Positions 51,315 through 53,226 of a DNA stretch of 53,226 nt are shown in pieces. The position numbers and the translations under genes were made by a program. This stretch comes from Octopus bimaculoides (taxonomy: Eukaryota), in contig NC_068982.1 of the NCBI RefSeq assembly GCF_001194135.2, positions 59,742,801 through 59,796,026 of the forward strand, in the 5' to 3' direction. The notes beneath the pieces are model-generated. The model worked only from the letters and a program-made list of their open reading frames with translations. It made no database searches and had not been told where the DNA came from. The first letter of the stretch is position 1, and the number at the start of each line of letters is the position of its first letter.

Positions 51315-52407
51315 ACTTAGTCTGTAGCAATATCATTATGTGTATTAATAATTTTGAACACTAACATAAAACTAGAGACTGTTAGACAGTAAATGGGAAT
51401 ATGTGTAATTTTTACCTTCCTCAAAAGTGTTAGCAATTTAAATGAAGTGACAAAAATCTATCTGGAAATTGAAACTGCATTATTAATTAAGTTTACAGAA
51501 AACTTTCTAGAACACTGTGACATCAGAAACTGCATATGCTAAAACAAGAACATTCGAAATAATTCTTTTTTTTTTTTTTTTTTCATTGTATGAAGCTATG
51601 GTAAACAGTTTAAACAAGAGAAATGAGAATTTGTGATGTTCATACTTTTCCAAATGGCTGCATCCAAACAGAAATTTAAATTAGTTGCCAGACTTAGTTC
51701 ACTGAGAACCAAACAGCAATAATGAATCCAATTGTGCCTAATGGGAATTACTGAAATATTGAATAATGATATTGCTTTTGTTAATGAATTCCTCCCCACT
51801 TCAAAAAAGGTAAAAAAAAAAAATAAAAAATAAAAAAACTGTGCATTCCTGACTGGATTTTCTGACCTACATAGCAAGGAGAGTGACTGGAAAATAATTC
51901 TAATCAGCAAAGATTTTAATGTAACAAAACAATAAGGATTTGAATTTGAAAGAAAGAAAAATTCAATTTCTGTATGAAAAAAAATTGCTGTATTGTAAAA
52001 GAAAACTAGGAAGAGCAGCCATAGAAGCAATAAAAGCAAATTCCTCTTCCATCAACATAACTGTTACTAATAACAGCAGTGTACTCTCTCTCTCTCTCTC
52101 TCTCCACTCTTTCTTTCTCTCTCTCCCTCTCTTTCTCATAATCTCAGCTATGACAGTTTTTTTTTTTCCTTGGTTCTTTTAGTTTTGTGCCATTAAACTG
52201 TTACACTACAAATGCATCTTTTTTACTTTGGTCATTACCAATGCTGATGATTTCAGAGTCAAATTATATTTCTTTTTAATTGAACTGAAGAACAGAAAAC
52301 TGTTCCTACATCTGGGACAGAGCTGCTGCAACTATACAAGCTGACATGCTAAATCACATTTTTTTAAAAAAAAAAAAAAGCTCCTCTACTAATTGGCAAG
52401 AAGTTGC

Positions 52408-52620
52408 ACACTAACACATTCCAACCACTGGCTCACTTACTCTGCTTCTTCAATTACTACTATGGCCTCTGTTCCTCAGAATTAGTTGATCTCATGCCAC
52501 ATGAACTCAAGCCCTTCTGAAGTATTCATTTTTGTCCATCATATTGTGTCCATATACCCCAAACCACTCACTAGTCACTTGGCACCTTCCTTCCTTGAGT
52601 GTCTCTTTTCTCCAAACCAC
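52408..52620 (+). pseudogene. CR1/L2-group LINE ORF2 C-terminal remnant
   Basis: CFFNYYYGLCSSELVDLMP..PSYCVHIPQ..FLP* resembles LFYRYY.G.CS.EL..L.P..H...V..P..F.PR. Confidence 0.6.
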
Positions 52621-52805
52621 TAATAGAGAAATTATATGAAAAGTATCTTTTCACTTGTTTCATTCATTGGACTACAGCCATGCTGGAGCACCACCTTGAA
52701 GGGTTTTAGTTGAATAGATTGACTCCAGTACGTATTTTTAAGTCTAGTACTCATTCTGTCTATTTTGCCAAAACCAGTAAGTTATAAGGTCTTAAACAAA
52801 TATAA

Positions 52806-53226
52806 GACAATCTTGAAACACTTTTGTGCTGTTTCCACCCTTTCTTTTTAACTTACCCCCATCCCAGGGTCACACGGGCCCACTCCTCTGACACCCACTC
52901 CTCCCACACTGTCAGGATTGGCACTCTCAACGTCGGCACGCTGAAAAGTAGGTCTGGTGAGATTGTTGAGATGCTTGAATGGCGACGCGTAGATCTGTGC
53001 TGCATCCAAGAAGTAAGATGGAGAGGAGGTTCTGCGAGGTTCCTCACAGGCAAAGAACACAGGTACAAGATTTTCTGGGCAGGAAACACTGACGGGGTCG
53101 GGGGCGTAGGAATACTTCTAGCAGAGAAATGGGTTGATAAGGTAATCGAGGTAGTTAGAGTATGTGACAGAGTACTTAAGATTAGACTAGTGCTTCATCA
53201 TAGGATAGCTACTGTCATCTCAGCCT
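52806..53226 (+). CDS. RTE-clade LINE ORF, APE endonuclease domain; open to the window end
   Basis: VRIGTLNVGTLKSRSGEIVEMLEWRRVDLCCIQEVRWRG..YKIFWAG..GVGILL..RVLKIRL..ATVISA; no stop from 52806 to 53226. Confidence 0.9.

Noticed and set aside
26411-51325. Similar 11-bp TSDs of the two SINE D copies (actcagtcatt, acttagtctgt) suggesting target specificity
   Set aside because: The elements are in opposite orientation, so the similarity vanishes in element frame; only two cases
51596-52039. 147-aa hydrophobic ORF
   Set aside because: Hydrophobicity comes from T-rich tracts; no domain or good splice context

Overview
AT-rich, microsatellite-dense eukaryotic DNA with three long assembly gaps and several short (~10-N) gaps. 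The repeat families look like an octopod cephalopod (Octopus-like); this is inferred from recognising the repeats, not from a search. No host protein-coding gene could be identified, and almost every ORF in the supplied track is a microsatellite or N-gap artefact. The window is mostly transposable elements: three tRNA-derived SINE families (called A, B, D here), RTE and CR1/L2 LINE remnants, an uninterrupted RTE endonuclease frame running off the right end, a Penelope-like GIY-YIG remnant, a hAT transposase pseudogene, Gypsy gag/protease remnants, a nested mariner > Tc2/pogo-like > LTR stack, MITEs and long foldback palindromes. The most interesting observations are: (1) a Penelope 3' module carrying a tRNA-like Pol III promoter followed by a broken hammerhead ribozyme; (2) two near-perfect hairpins whose six transition mismatches all become G-U pairs on the minus strand; (3) a non-repetitive RFX X-box plus two forkhead sites beside a candidate exon; (4) one SINE head carrying two different tails. 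None is shown to be a new system. All need the checks listed.
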